From a bacterium (GTDB lineage Bacteria; SAR324; XYD2-FULL-50-16), in the NCBI GenBank assembly GCA_032250835.1, contig JAVVEA010000001.1, positions 256,001 to 320,000 on the forward strand: a stretch of DNA of 64,000 nt, in the 5' to 3' direction. Each line of letters opens with the position of its first letter. The stretch's first letter is position 1. Made by a program: the position numbers and the translations under genes. Below are positions 1-9,288 of the stretch, piece after piece. The notes beneath the pieces are model-generated. The model saw only the letters and a list, made by a program, of their open reading frames with translations, was not told where the DNA came from and made no database searches.

Positions 1-1036
1 GGGCGTCTGTAAAAGCCGCCACCCGGCAATATTTGGTGGTCCCCACCGCGAGACCGCTGATCCGGTGACCTGGGTCAACGGGTTCTCCGGTTCCGGGCAC
101 AAATTCAAAATCTGCTTGGTCGCCGCAATACAACCGGTATCCGGTAACATCAGGTAGGGCTGGCCACGCCAAAACAAAGGCCCCCTCTTCTGCGGAAAGT
201 TCGACTACCGGCGCACTTAGCCTGGACTCCTGAGACCAACCCGAAACTAGGTCGCCGGGCCGCTTAGCGGTGTTAGCCTGCCTGAACTGCGGCTCCGAGA
301 CGGGGCCCCCTGCATACTGTAGGGTGATTTGCTCAAGCGTCAGATCGTCGGATTTTAAGGGGGGTTGGTTGAAGACATAGTCTTGTGGGTTCGCCATCTG
401 CCCACCCCGACGGTCTTCTACCACCACTCCCCGGCCATTAGGCAATTGCCTAAAGCGGAGCGATTGGTAGGCCGAACTTTTGTCTAACAGGGTTCCGAAA
501 GAAGCATCAAAAAGCTTCACCTCCAACCAGGCTTCAGATTCGCGCAGAATAAATCCCGCCCCTAACCATAACTGCACTCGGTTGCTGGTTTGGTATTGCG
601 GTGCTGATAGGGTGACCCCGCGCCAACGGCGGCGTTCACCTTGACTAACCACCACCAAGGCCACCGGTTCAAAGGATTTTTCAGACTGCCCTGTGAGGGT
701 AAAAGATAGCGCGAAAGCCCGCCGTTCGGGATCATAGATAAAATCGATAGGCGATATTGTGATGTCTTGCCCTTTCCGATAGATTGGGGCTAAAGGTTTG
801 ATTTGGCGGTTCGGTTTGGGCGAGGAACTTTCGGTTGGCTCGGGAGGCTCGGCCAACGGAAGTGAGCTGGATTGCACCGGTAAAGGTTCTCGTTTCAGCG
901 CACTAGGCTCAACAATTTGTTTTTTTACGGCGGGTTTTGGATCTTGGCAACTCGCTGCATATCCCAGACATAGCAACACCAGACCGCACTTGCGGCCATA
1001 GCTAACCCATTTTTTTATGCTGTTTAAAAACAACAA
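1..1036 (-). CDS. Partial putative lipoprotein with a fibronectin-type-III-like segment; runs off the left edge
   Basis: Absent from the ORF track because it has no stop in the window. My manual translation is open from TTG at 1036/1033 to base 2. It shows a lipoprotein-like N-terminus (RKCGLVLLCLGYAASC), a Pro/Ser-rich linker and FN3-like LAWPALPDVTGYRLYCG...ISGLAVGTTKYCRVAAF. Start uncertain. Confidence 0.7.
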   Translation of the reverse strand, partial: MLFLNSIKKWVSYGRKCGLVLLCLGYAASCQDPKPAVKKQIVEPSALKREPLPVQSSSLPLAEPPEPTESSSPKPNRQIKPLAPIYRKGQDITISPIDFIYDPERRAFALSFTLTGQSEKSFEPVALVVVSQGERRRWRGVTLSAPQYQTSNRVQLWLGAGFILRESEAWLEVKLFDASFGTLLDKSSAYQSLRFRQLPNGRGVVVEDRRGGQMANPQDYVFNQPPLKSDDLTLEQITLQYAGGPVSEPQFRQANTAKRPGDLVSGWSQESRLSAPVVELSAEEGAFVLAWPALPDVTGYRLYCGDQADFEFVPGTGEPVDPGHRISGLAVGTTKYCRVAAFTDA

Positions 1037-4000
1037 AGATTCTATCCAGATAAAAGTGGTTGCCGCTGTGGCGGGGGTCCTTTTGTCTTTGAGCGTCGCT
1101 CAGAGCCCGTCCCAAGCAGCCCAGTTGAGCGATAAACGTATCCAAGAAATAGGCCAATCTATTGAAAAAGAGCCATCATTTGAACGGAAAACCAAACTAT
1201 TTCTATTATTGATCGAAGACCGTCAGTTAGCCAAGGATGCGTTGGGTGAAACGAAATGGCGCACCGCGTTAGAAGCCCAATTGGCGGCCCACCCAGAGGA
1301 ACAAAAAAAACTTCGTTGGGCGAATTTGCTTTCGCTCGCCGCTGCCGCCTGGCAAGCCGAGCAAGCGCCCCAAGCCAAAGAAGCGCTCAACAGACTGCTG
1401 ACGTTGCTGCCGCCCCAAGAAACTCAGGCCCGCTATTTAGCCCAGCAGCATTTGGCTAAAATCGCCGAAATTGAAGGGGACCTGAAGGCCCAGGAAAGCC
1501 ATCTTTCCAAATATGTGTTGTCTTATGCGCCGGGCGCAGAGTTTTACGCAAGTGCTGGCGGATTCCCTCGATTAGTGCAGTTGGCGGCCAAGACCCAAAG
1601 CGGCAAAGAACACTTGTACTACCGTACCTGGGCCCAGGTGGCCGCCGCACGGGGCAAAGCAGAAGACCGCAAGCAGGTCTTAACTGCTTGGGTCAACTTT
1701 GCCGCCTCAGGTGCCTCAAATTACCAGCCCGAACCCTTTGAGCAATTGGCTGAGGTCTACCGCAGCGAAGGAGACTTAGAACGCTTGCGGGAATTATTGG
1801 AGCTACAAGCCCAACAAGAACCGGACGATCAGCGCAGGATGTCGGTCTTTGAAGCCCAAATTGCTTTGGAACGCAGCGCGGGCCGTCCCCCGAGTCTTCC
1901 GGTGGTCACCCGGCTGTTGCAGTTACGCCGTGCCGCGGGCTTGGAAGTGCGTGACTTGCTTGAGGAGTTGGCCCAACGCAGCGACTATTCGGGCCGCGCC
2001 GAAGCCTTGCGTGAGTTGGCCAGTTTAACGCTCAAGGCCGAAGACTGGCTGCCGGCGCTCAAAACCCATCAAGACCTTTTAGCGCTCACGCCCAAGGCCT
2101 CGCAAGAAGCGCAATTACTGTTAAATAACTTAATCCAAATCAGCGATAAGTTGGGCAAAGTCGAGCTTTCCATTTTGTACCGACGCCAAAAGGTCTTAGG
2201 CGAAGCACCGGGAGACCCGCAGAACAAAGCCGCCGCCTTTGGCTGGTTGATGGACCGCCTGTGGGCAGCAGAAGACCACCAAGCCGCCGTCCAGTTATAC
2301 AAAGACACCACCAGCCGTACCTGGGCACAAGCCAGTTTTGAAGGCTCCGCTCAGTTGCATTATTTGGGCGCGCGGGCCTTTGAAGCCCAGGGCGACTTCG
2401 CCAAAGCCAACCTGCTTTATGGACAAGCCTTAGAACAAAACCAAGCCCAGGGACAAGCAGCCCAAGCAATCGCTTTAGCGCGAAAATTAGCGGCACTGGC
2501 TAAAGCCCACTTCCCTGGAGAGCCCGAGGCGCAGGCCCAAGAGCGGCTGCGGGATCTATATGCCGCCCAAGGAAATCCCTCTGGAGAAGCCAAAGCTACG
2601 CTATTATTAGCCCAAAAGCGCGAAAGCTTGGGCCAACAAAAGCTGGCCGTTTCCTTATACGAACGGGCCCTTAAGCTATACCGACAGGTCGGCGACCAGA
2701 ACCGGGTGGATGAACTATTGACCCTTTTAGCCAACGCCCGAGGTGGAGCGCCTGAGGAGCGCTTGGCTCGGCTGAAAGAACTGGAATCGACCCAAGGGGA
2801 AGACCCCAAGTCGCAGATCGTCACCCGCGTCGAGTTGGGCCATCTATACAGCCAGCTAAAAAAGACCGACTTGGCGCTGGCCGCTTACCAAGACGCCTTC
2901 GCCATGAATCAACAAGACCCGCAGCTTCGCCTTCAAGCCGCTGAACGGGCGGCTAACTTGCTGGTTCAGTTAGGGCAGGCTCAAGCAGCCGACCAACTCT
3001 TTAGCCAAGCCGAAGAGCTCTTAAAAGAACCGCCCCAGGACCCCAAAACCACGGATCTTTTGGTTGCCCTCTTGCGGGCCCACGCCAACCAGCTAAACCT
3101 TCAGGGCCAATCTGAACGAGCCTTACAGCGCCTAGATCTTTGGCTTAACCGGCTTAGCGGCGAAGCCAGACTGGACCTGATGCAAGCCAAGGGCGCGGTC
3201 CTTCTGCAAGCCCAACGCCCTCAAGAGGCGGCTCAGCTGCTAGAACAAGCCAGCCAAGGCTTGCCCTACGAGCAGGCGCTGCGCCTCCGAGGCCTCTTGG
3301 CAAAGGCCCAATTAGCTCAAGGTGATTACGCCCCGGCCTTAAAAACGATCGAGGCCCTGTTGGAACAACAAAAGACCCCCTTAAACGAGGCCCAGGTTGA
3401 GTTGACCAGCCTCAAAAGCTATGCCTTAAACCGCTTGGGCCGCCTCAACGAGGCCTTGGCTAACCAGCAGGCCTTGGTCCAAAGCCTCACCACCCAGGGG
3501 CCCGAGGGACCCCTTTCGTCTGCGGAGCTTCAACTAGCGGGTTATCAGTTAGAAGGCGGCCAACCGGGAAAGGCCCAAGAGGTTTTAGAGCGGATCAAGC
3601 TGCGTGAAGGGGTGGGTGCGGAATTACAGGCCAAGGCCTTATTATTAGAAGCTAAAATAGCCCAACAACGCAGCCAACCCGCCAAAGCGCACCAGGCCTT
3701 TGAAGCCCTTGAGCCCCTCCTTGCGGGCGGGCAGTTCCCGGAGCTAAGCGCCGAGGCTCACTACCAACGGGGCTTTTTGCAGTTAAAACAGCAGCAATTT
3801 GCCCAAGCGCTTGAGTCCTTTAGCCAAGCCGAAAAGGAATACTTCCGCCTGGGCCGACCCCAAGAACGCGACCAATGCCGTTTGGCCCAAGCCAACTTAC
3901 AAGCCCAAAGGGGTCAGTACAAACCCGCCAGGGAAGCGATTGACAAGGTCCTGAGCGAAGCCCCACAGGCCAGCCCATTGCGCGGCGACGCCTTAAACCT

Positions 4001-6518
4001 ACGCGGCTTTTTACAGTCCGAGCAGGGGCAATATTCCGAGGCTCTAGAAACCAGCCAAGCAGCCGAGGATTTTTATCAAGCCCAAGGCCAAGAAGCCCAA
4101 CTGCCGGAGGTACTTAACTCCCGAGGTCTGATCTACCTAAAGATGCGCGATCTACAGCAGGCCGAGATCACCCTGAATGCCGCCTGGGAGGCGGCCCAAA
4201 AGTCGGGTAACCGGGTCTTGATGGCTGAAGTGGCCAATAACCTGGGCGGGTTGTACCGAGGCTTAGGGCAGCTAGAAAAGGCCCAAAAAAGCCTGCTCAA
4301 GGCCTCGGAACTACAACGCGAATTGGGCTTGGATAGTCAGTTGGCCTTAACCTACAACAACCTAGGGGCCCTTTACTTGGAACAGGAAGACTACCCCCAA
4401 GCCCTAGACTTCCTCCAACGCGCCCAACAGCAAGCCCGAAGCTTTGACCTCAAGAAAGAAGAAGCCCTAGCTTGGAACAACCTGGGGATTTTACACTTCC
4501 GCCAAGACCAACGCCCAGCAGCTCAAAAGGCCTTTGAAGAAGCCATCAAAGGACAAAAAGTCCTAGGTCTAGACCTCGAGCAGGCCCGCTCGCTCAACAA
4601 CTTGGCCTTTTTAGCCCAGGCCAGCGGCAACTTGGAGTTAGCCTTAGAGCGGGTCCAAGAAGCGGTGGCGCTGTTGTCCTTTAAGCCCTTAGATAAAAAA
4701 ACTCGATTCCCTACGCCTGAAGCGGCTTCGGTTTTAGCACCGGATCTAATGACCGGCTTTTTGCTGAACCGGGGAAGTTTTTTGAAACAACTGGCCGATT
4801 CCAAAAAAGGCAAAGAACAACGTCAGTTGCAGGTTTCCGGCTATGAAAGCTTCGCGCTGGCCATTGAGCTATTAGAAACCCAGCGCAGCAGCATCAAAGG
4901 CGAAGAGTCCCAGCAAATGCTGATGCAGAGCAATATCGACCTCTACCAACAGTTGATCGCTCTGCTTTTTGACCTAGGAAAAAATGACCCCGGCGGTCCG
5001 TACCACCAAAAGGCCTTTTACTACGCCGAAGCCTCGCGGGCCCGTAGCTTTTTAGACCGCCTCCAAGAACAAGCCGCCAAAGCGAGCCTAACGCTCCCAG
5101 CGGATTTACGACAAAAGGAAGAGGGCCTGAGGCTGCGCCAAGAGGAACTGAACCTAGCGATCTTCGCCGAGTTAAGCAAAGAACCGGCGCTCAGGGACCG
5201 CAAAAAAATAGAACAGTGGCAGCTAGAAAAGGTTGAGGTGCAATTAGCCTTCACCAAGCTGGCAACGGCCATCGAAAAGCAGTTTCCGGCCTTTGCTAGC
5301 CTCAAATACCCAAAGATTATGGACGTAGAAGGGGTCCGCAAAAATCTATTAGATGCAGACAGCCGATTACTCAGCTATTTTCTTGGGGACGACCGCAGCT
5401 TTGGTTGGAGTATTGGCAAAGGGGGCTTTGAGATGCTGCAACTGCCCCCGGCCGGGGACATTGACGCTCTGGTTCGCTCTTACCGGGATACGTTGGTCAA
5501 CCCTTTGGTGGACGAAAACGACGACTCCAATGAGCTGATTCAGGACATGACCCAAATCCACCTAGCCACCGGGCTTAAGCTCTACCGGCAGTTGATCGCC
5601 CCGCTGATTGAGAAGAGTGAAGACCACAAAAAGTTGCTGATCATCCCCGATGGGGTGTTATATTATTTACCCTTCGAGACGACGCTGGTCAAAATCCACG
5701 CCCCCTCGGATACCCGTTATCCTAAAGGACGCGAATATTTGCTCTTTGAGCATGCGGTGCGATACGCCCCTTCGGCTAGCGTCTTGGCGACCATTGAAGA
5801 CCAGTTAGCGCGCCGTGACCCCGCCAAAACTAAGGCCCGTAAGGACTTTATCGGCTTTGGTGACCCAGAATATGGCCCCGAAAAAGCCGACGAAGCCAAC
5901 TTTAAATTCAACCCAGCCTTAAAGGCCCAAGGCTTTTACGACCTAGCCCGTCTTTTTGGAACCCGCAGCGAATTGAACAACATCTCGGAAATCTTCGCTG
6001 ATTCTAACCAGGTGTATCTACGCGAAGAGGCCCAGGAAAGCCGCGTCAAAAGCAGCCTACAGGGCTATAAATACGTCCACTTCGCCACCCACGGCATCTT
6101 GGACGAAAAAAACCCCGAGTTCAGCGGCGTGGTGTTGAACTTAGTTCAGCCAGATGGGGTAGAAGACGGCTTCTTGCAAACTTCCGAAGTGTTCGACCTT
6201 AAGGTAGATGCGGACTTGGTGGTTCTTTCGGCCTGCGAAACCGGCTTAGGTAAAGTAATCAAAGGGGAGGGCATGGTTGGCTTGACCCGCAGCTTTCTCT
6301 TTGCCGGCTCACCTTCGATTGTCGTATCCCTCTGGAGCGTCGCCGACGACAGCACCGCTCAGTTGATGATCCATTTTTACAAAAACCTAAACCAAGGGAT
6401 GGGTAAGACCGAGGCGCTTCGACAAGCGAAGATCACCTTGCTCCGCCAACAAGACGGTGACTACCTCCCCTACGCGGACCCTTTCTTTTGGGGTCCCTTC
6501 ATCCTCAACGGTGGTTAG
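1017..6518 (+). CDS. Large TPR-repeat protein with C-terminal CHAT (caspase-like) protease domain and predicted signal peptide
   Basis: 1833 aa. Repeated ~40-aa NNLG-type TPRs; CHAT motifs IIPDGVLYYLPFE, VHFATHG (His), LVVLSACETG (Cys), SLWSVAD and PFFWGPF; hydrophobic N-terminus VVAAVAGVLLSLSVAQSPSQAA. Confidence 0.92.
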   Translation: MLFKNNKDSIQIKVVAAVAGVLLSLSVAQSPSQAAQLSDKRIQEIGQSIEKEPSFERKTKLFLLLIEDRQLAKDALGETKWRTALEAQLAAHPEEQKKLRWANLLSLAAAAWQAEQAPQAKEALNRLLTLLPPQETQARYLAQQHLAKIAEIEGDLKAQESHLSKYVLSYAPGAEFYASAGGFPRLVQLAAKTQSGKEHLYYRTWAQVAAARGKAEDRKQVLTAWVNFAASGASNYQPEPFEQLAEVYRSEGDLERLRELLELQAQQEPDDQRRMSVFEAQIALERSAGRPPSLPVVTRLLQLRRAAGLEVRDLLEELAQRSDYSGRAEALRELASLTLKAEDWLPALKTHQDLLALTPKASQEAQLLLNNLIQISDKLGKVELSILYRRQKVLGEAPGDPQNKAAAFGWLMDRLWAAEDHQAAVQLYKDTTSRTWAQASFEGSAQLHYLGARAFEAQGDFAKANLLYGQALEQNQAQGQAAQAIALARKLAALAKAHFPGEPEAQAQERLRDLYAAQGNPSGEAKATLLLAQKRESLGQQKLAVSLYERALKLYRQVGDQNRVDELLTLLANARGGAPEERLARLKELESTQGEDPKSQIVTRVELGHLYSQLKKTDLALAAYQDAFAMNQQDPQLRLQAAERAANLLVQLGQAQAADQLFSQAEELLKEPPQDPKTTDLLVALLRAHANQLNLQGQSERALQRLDLWLNRLSGEARLDLMQAKGAVLLQAQRPQEAAQLLEQASQGLPYEQALRLRGLLAKAQLAQGDYAPALKTIEALLEQQKTPLNEAQVELTSLKSYALNRLGRLNEALANQQALVQSLTTQGPEGPLSSAELQLAGYQLEGGQPGKAQEVLERIKLREGVGAELQAKALLLEAKIAQQRSQPAKAHQAFEALEPLLAGGQFPELSAEAHYQRGFLQLKQQQFAQALESFSQAEKEYFRLGRPQERDQCRLAQANLQAQRGQYKPAREAIDKVLSEAPQASPLRGDALNLRGFLQSEQGQYSEALETSQAAEDFYQAQGQEAQLPEVLNSRGLIYLKMRDLQQAEITLNAAWEAAQKSGNRVLMAEVANNLGGLYRGLGQLEKAQKSLLKASELQRELGLDSQLALTYNNLGALYLEQEDYPQALDFLQRAQQQARSFDLKKEEALAWNNLGILHFRQDQRPAAQKAFEEAIKGQKVLGLDLEQARSLNNLAFLAQASGNLELALERVQEAVALLSFKPLDKKTRFPTPEAASVLAPDLMTGFLLNRGSFLKQLADSKKGKEQRQLQVSGYESFALAIELLETQRSSIKGEESQQMLMQSNIDLYQQLIALLFDLGKNDPGGPYHQKAFYYAEASRARSFLDRLQEQAAKASLTLPADLRQKEEGLRLRQEELNLAIFAELSKEPALRDRKKIEQWQLEKVEVQLAFTKLATAIEKQFPAFASLKYPKIMDVEGVRKNLLDADSRLLSYFLGDDRSFGWSIGKGGFEMLQLPPAGDIDALVRSYRDTLVNPLVDENDDSNELIQDMTQIHLATGLKLYRQLIAPLIEKSEDHKKLLIIPDGVLYYLPFETTLVKIHAPSDTRYPKGREYLLFEHAVRYAPSASVLATIEDQLARRDPAKTKARKDFIGFGDPEYGPEKADEANFKFNPALKAQGFYDLARLFGTRSELNNISEIFADSNQVYLREEAQESRVKSSLQGYKYVHFATHGILDEKNPEFSGVVLNLVQPDGVEDGFLQTSEVFDLKVDADLVVLSACETGLGKVIKGEGMVGLTRSFLFAGSPSIVVSLWSVADDSTAQLMIHFYKNLNQGMGKTEALRQAKITLLRQQDGDYLPYADPFFWGPFILNGG

Positions 6519-7025
6519 CGCGGGCCCGCCTAAGCGGGCCTAAGACGCACCCCTTCGGATTCTTTAAGAAACCGCCGCGTTGCCTTAAAACTTAGGCCCC
6601 TTAACATTCTGGGTAACTTAAGTGAATCCAGCCCATGCATTCATCAAAAAACCTCCCGGTAGGGCTCGGATTATAGGCTTTTTAACTTAGCCCGCTAAGG
6701 GTCGTCCCGAGGGGCTAAGGTTCAAGATAGAAGCCGCCGATTCAGTGGAGTCAAGCTAGGTAAATTCCGGCAGAAGCTTTCTTCTGGTTACCTTTTCGGT
6801 TAGCTACCCCGACCAGGGAAAGGCGCTTTGGTTGGTCTTTGCGTAGGGACCTTTTCTCTTGCTGCTTTCTTGCTTTTTCCTCATCGATCGTACATCGTCT
6901 AGCTTGGCCTGATCGCCCCATTGGGCAGGGATTATCGACCGCCAAAGAATTTTAAGCCGCCCTTGGATTCTCGAACCTATTCGAAACTTGGAAGGGGCAC
7001 CACCGCTGCCAACTTTAAGGGCCTC

Positions 7026-7904
7026 ATGAGACCAGACTTGAATCTGAAAAAATGGCCCCAGAGCCAATTGCTTTGGTTTTCAAGGTTGGTGGTCTACGCC
7101 ATCAAATCGGACCGCCGGATTTCGCCCATAGAAATAGACTATCTAGGGCGCATCGTTCAACTCATTGAAGATGAGGAACAAAGGTCCGAGTTATTAGACC
7201 TCGTTGATTCCGACCAACCGGCCCCCCTCCCCCAGCCGCCGGATTTATCTCCCCAAACCAGGGCTGCCGTCTTTACGGAGTTGGGGGCTTTGCTGGTCGC
7301 CGACTTTGACTTCGACCAAGCGGAACGGGATTTCCTACTGGTCCTTTCCGGGCAGTTTCGTTTTTCTAGCAAGTATGCTGAAGAGCTCATGGCTTGGTGT
7401 AACCAAGGTTGCCTTTGGAAACGGATTCAGTTGAGTTTATTGGGGTTAAGCGGTCCCGAGGATCGGGCTCCGGTGATTCCGGTGGACGATTTTTCGATGG
7501 AACAACGGCTTTGGTATGCCGAAGTCTGTGTCATTGCCATTGTCATCGACGGACGGATCACCGATGAAGAAGTGGCTATGCTGCGGACTACCCTGGGATT
7601 TGTAGAGAACAAAGTAGAAGCTGAAAACCTGATAAACTACATCAAAATACGCCTGCGCCCCCAAGTGCGGCAACCTAGCGGCATTTCTGATGAAGCTTTA
7701 CGGCTGATCTATTTTGAAATGATCACCCATTTTGTTTTACAGTTCCAGATGAGCGATAAAGAGCAGGTCTTCATCCGCCAGCTTGCCTCCTTATCGGGGC
7801 TGAACAACGATCTACTACAAAAGTCACTGAATTGGTGGAAGATGGGTCTGGAATGGCGAAAACACTCGCTAGACCTAGTGCAGCAGGTTGAACTGGCCGA
7901 ATAG
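7026..7904 (+). CDS. Protein with two tandem TerB-like domains
   Basis: Internal duplication carrying TerB-like AxxDGxxxxxE and ADxxxxxxE motifs. Likely ATG at 7026 (track starts at 6921). Confidence 0.7.
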   Translation: MRPDLNLKKWPQSQLLWFSRLVVYAIKSDRRISPIEIDYLGRIVQLIEDEEQRSELLDLVDSDQPAPLPQPPDLSPQTRAAVFTELGALLVADFDFDQAERDFLLVLSGQFRFSSKYAEELMAWCNQGCLWKRIQLSLLGLSGPEDRAPVIPVDDFSMEQRLWYAEVCVIAIVIDGRITDEEVAMLRTTLGFVENKVEAENLINYIKIRLRPQVRQPSGISDEALRLIYFEMITHFVLQFQMSDKEQVFIRQLASLSGLNNDLLQKSLNWWKMGLEWRKHSLDLVQQVELAE

Positions 7905-7997
7905 GGCTCCGGCCAGCAAACAAGCGTTCGTCCCAGTGATTTTGCGTAAAATCATCCTCCCAGCCAGTTGAGAGAACCCAACCCCCGGCTCTAGCGC

Positions 7998-8726
7998 CTA
8001 AAGCGTTTCGCCTAGGCTGATCCGCAGGATATTGGGGCGTTCGGGTAGGTCGCGGGTACCGGCCCCGTAGCCGATCTTTTCGACCTTCATGAGCGGCAAG
8101 CCGGGCTCAAAAGCATGGGCCAAGGTTTTCGCGATCGCCGCGCCGGTCGGCGTGGTCAATTCAAAGGGGAGATGGCCGGAGTGGACCGGTAGGCCCTTGA
8201 GGATTTCTAAGGTAGCCAGGGCGGGGACCGGGTAGACCCCGTGACGACATTTAACCTCTCCGTAGCCTAAAGCCAGGGGCGAAAAGACGATGCGCTCCGG
8301 TTGCAACTGCTCGACCGCCAAAGCGACGCCGATCACGTCCACAATCGAGTCTATGGCCGCCACTTCGTGGAAGTGGACTGCTTCAATGGGCAACCCGTGG
8401 ATCGCCCCTTCAGCGACGGCGATGGCTTCAAAGATCGCCAAGGCCCGCTGCCGGGCTCCGTCCTTTAAACCCGCTCGTTCGATCAACCCGACCACTTCGC
8501 GGTAGTGGTGGTGGTGAAACTGCGGGAACGGCTCGGCCAGCTCCATTTTCAACGCCGAAACCCCACATTTATCGACCCGCTTGAACTCCAACCGGATCGG
8601 CAAATCCGGGCTGAGTGAACCTAAGTCGGCCTCCAATTGTCGGGGGTCCACTCCTAAGTCCACCAATGCGGCCAAGGTCATGTCCCCGGCAATGCCAGCG
8701 GGGCAATCAAAGTAGAGTATTTTCAT
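7998..8726 (-). CDS. larC: LarC-family nickel insertion protein, N-terminal (LarC1-like) part only
   Basis: MKILYFDCPAGIAGDM, HHHH, VHFHEVAAIDSIVD, ELTTPTGAAI, IGYGAGTRDL..PNILR. 242 aa from ATG 8726. Confidence 0.85.
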   Translation of the reverse strand: MKILYFDCPAGIAGDMTLAALVDLGVDPRQLEADLGSLSPDLPIRLEFKRVDKCGVSALKMELAEPFPQFHHHHYREVVGLIERAGLKDGARQRALAIFEAIAVAEGAIHGLPIEAVHFHEVAAIDSIVDVIGVALAVEQLQPERIVFSPLALGYGEVKCRHGVYPVPALATLEILKGLPVHSGHLPFELTTPTGAAIAKTLAHAFEPGLPLMKVEKIGYGAGTRDLPERPNILRISLGETL

Positions 8727-8737
8727 AAAGAGGTAGG

Positions 8738-9166
8738 TTATTGGGCGCGGGCAAGGATTTGGCGGCGTTCGCGTTCCAGGTCGTAGACACGCTCGCCCCA
8801 ATCCATCAGCTCTTTGGTGGTGCTGGCGGGGATGCTGCATTTTTCGGCGGTAACCAATAAAAAGTTGCGCTCTTTAGAGGTCAATTTAGCATCCGCAACC
8901 ATCAACAAAATCAACTCGGAAAAGATACTGGCTAGGGCGGCCAAGGAGAATCCGTCGGGCGGAACTTGGGTGGCATCGACGGGCGTTTTGGAACGCAGCA
9001 TCTGGTTCACCCACAGGCGTTCTTTTTGATCTAAGAAATGAAGCATCCGGAAGATAAAGTCCATTTCATCGATATCTACCACCCCATCGACTCGGATCGC
9101 TTGAACGATCAATTCGACGTACCAACGACGCTGGGCGTCGGAAAATTTATCTACCGAGATATGCAT
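8738..9166 (-). CDS. Single-domain TerB-like protein
   Basis: AIRVDGVVDIDE and MVADAKLTSKE motifs; aligns by eye with both domains of 7026..7904. Likely ATG at 9166. Confidence 0.7.
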   Translation of the reverse strand: MHISVDKFSDAQRRWYVELIVQAIRVDGVVDIDEMDFIFRMLHFLDQKERLWVNQMLRSKTPVDATQVPPDGFSLAALASIFSELILLMVADAKLTSKERNFLLVTAEKCSIPASTTKELMDWGERVYDLERERRQILARAQ

Positions 9167-9288
9167 AGGGCCGAGCCAAGAGGGATTAATCAACCTCAAT
9201 ACTAAAGCATGACCCGCCGCACTGGCAAGGCAAAAGGCCCTCTTCCAAGAATGCTAAAATTGGGTTAAAGCTAATCCTCAACTTACCT

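Noticed and set aside
1017..6518. CHAT protein as a Craspase or gasdermin defence component
   Set aside because: No cas genes, CRISPR repeats or gasdermin-like ORF in the window, and the protein appears exported.
6519..7025. 500-nt intergenic region with short ORFs (6751..6945, 6804..7067) and small hairpins
   Set aside because: No recognisable RNA family or protein motif; only a short GC hairpin after the CHAT stop.
7905..8000. Stop readthrough or frameshift extension of larC
   Set aside because: Readthrough translation is not LarC2-like and runs into the convergent gene within ~93 nt.
9167..9288. Glycine riboswitch upstream of gcvT
   Set aside because: The region is short, shared with a divergent gene, and lacks GGAGA/CTCTCAGG aptamer motifs.
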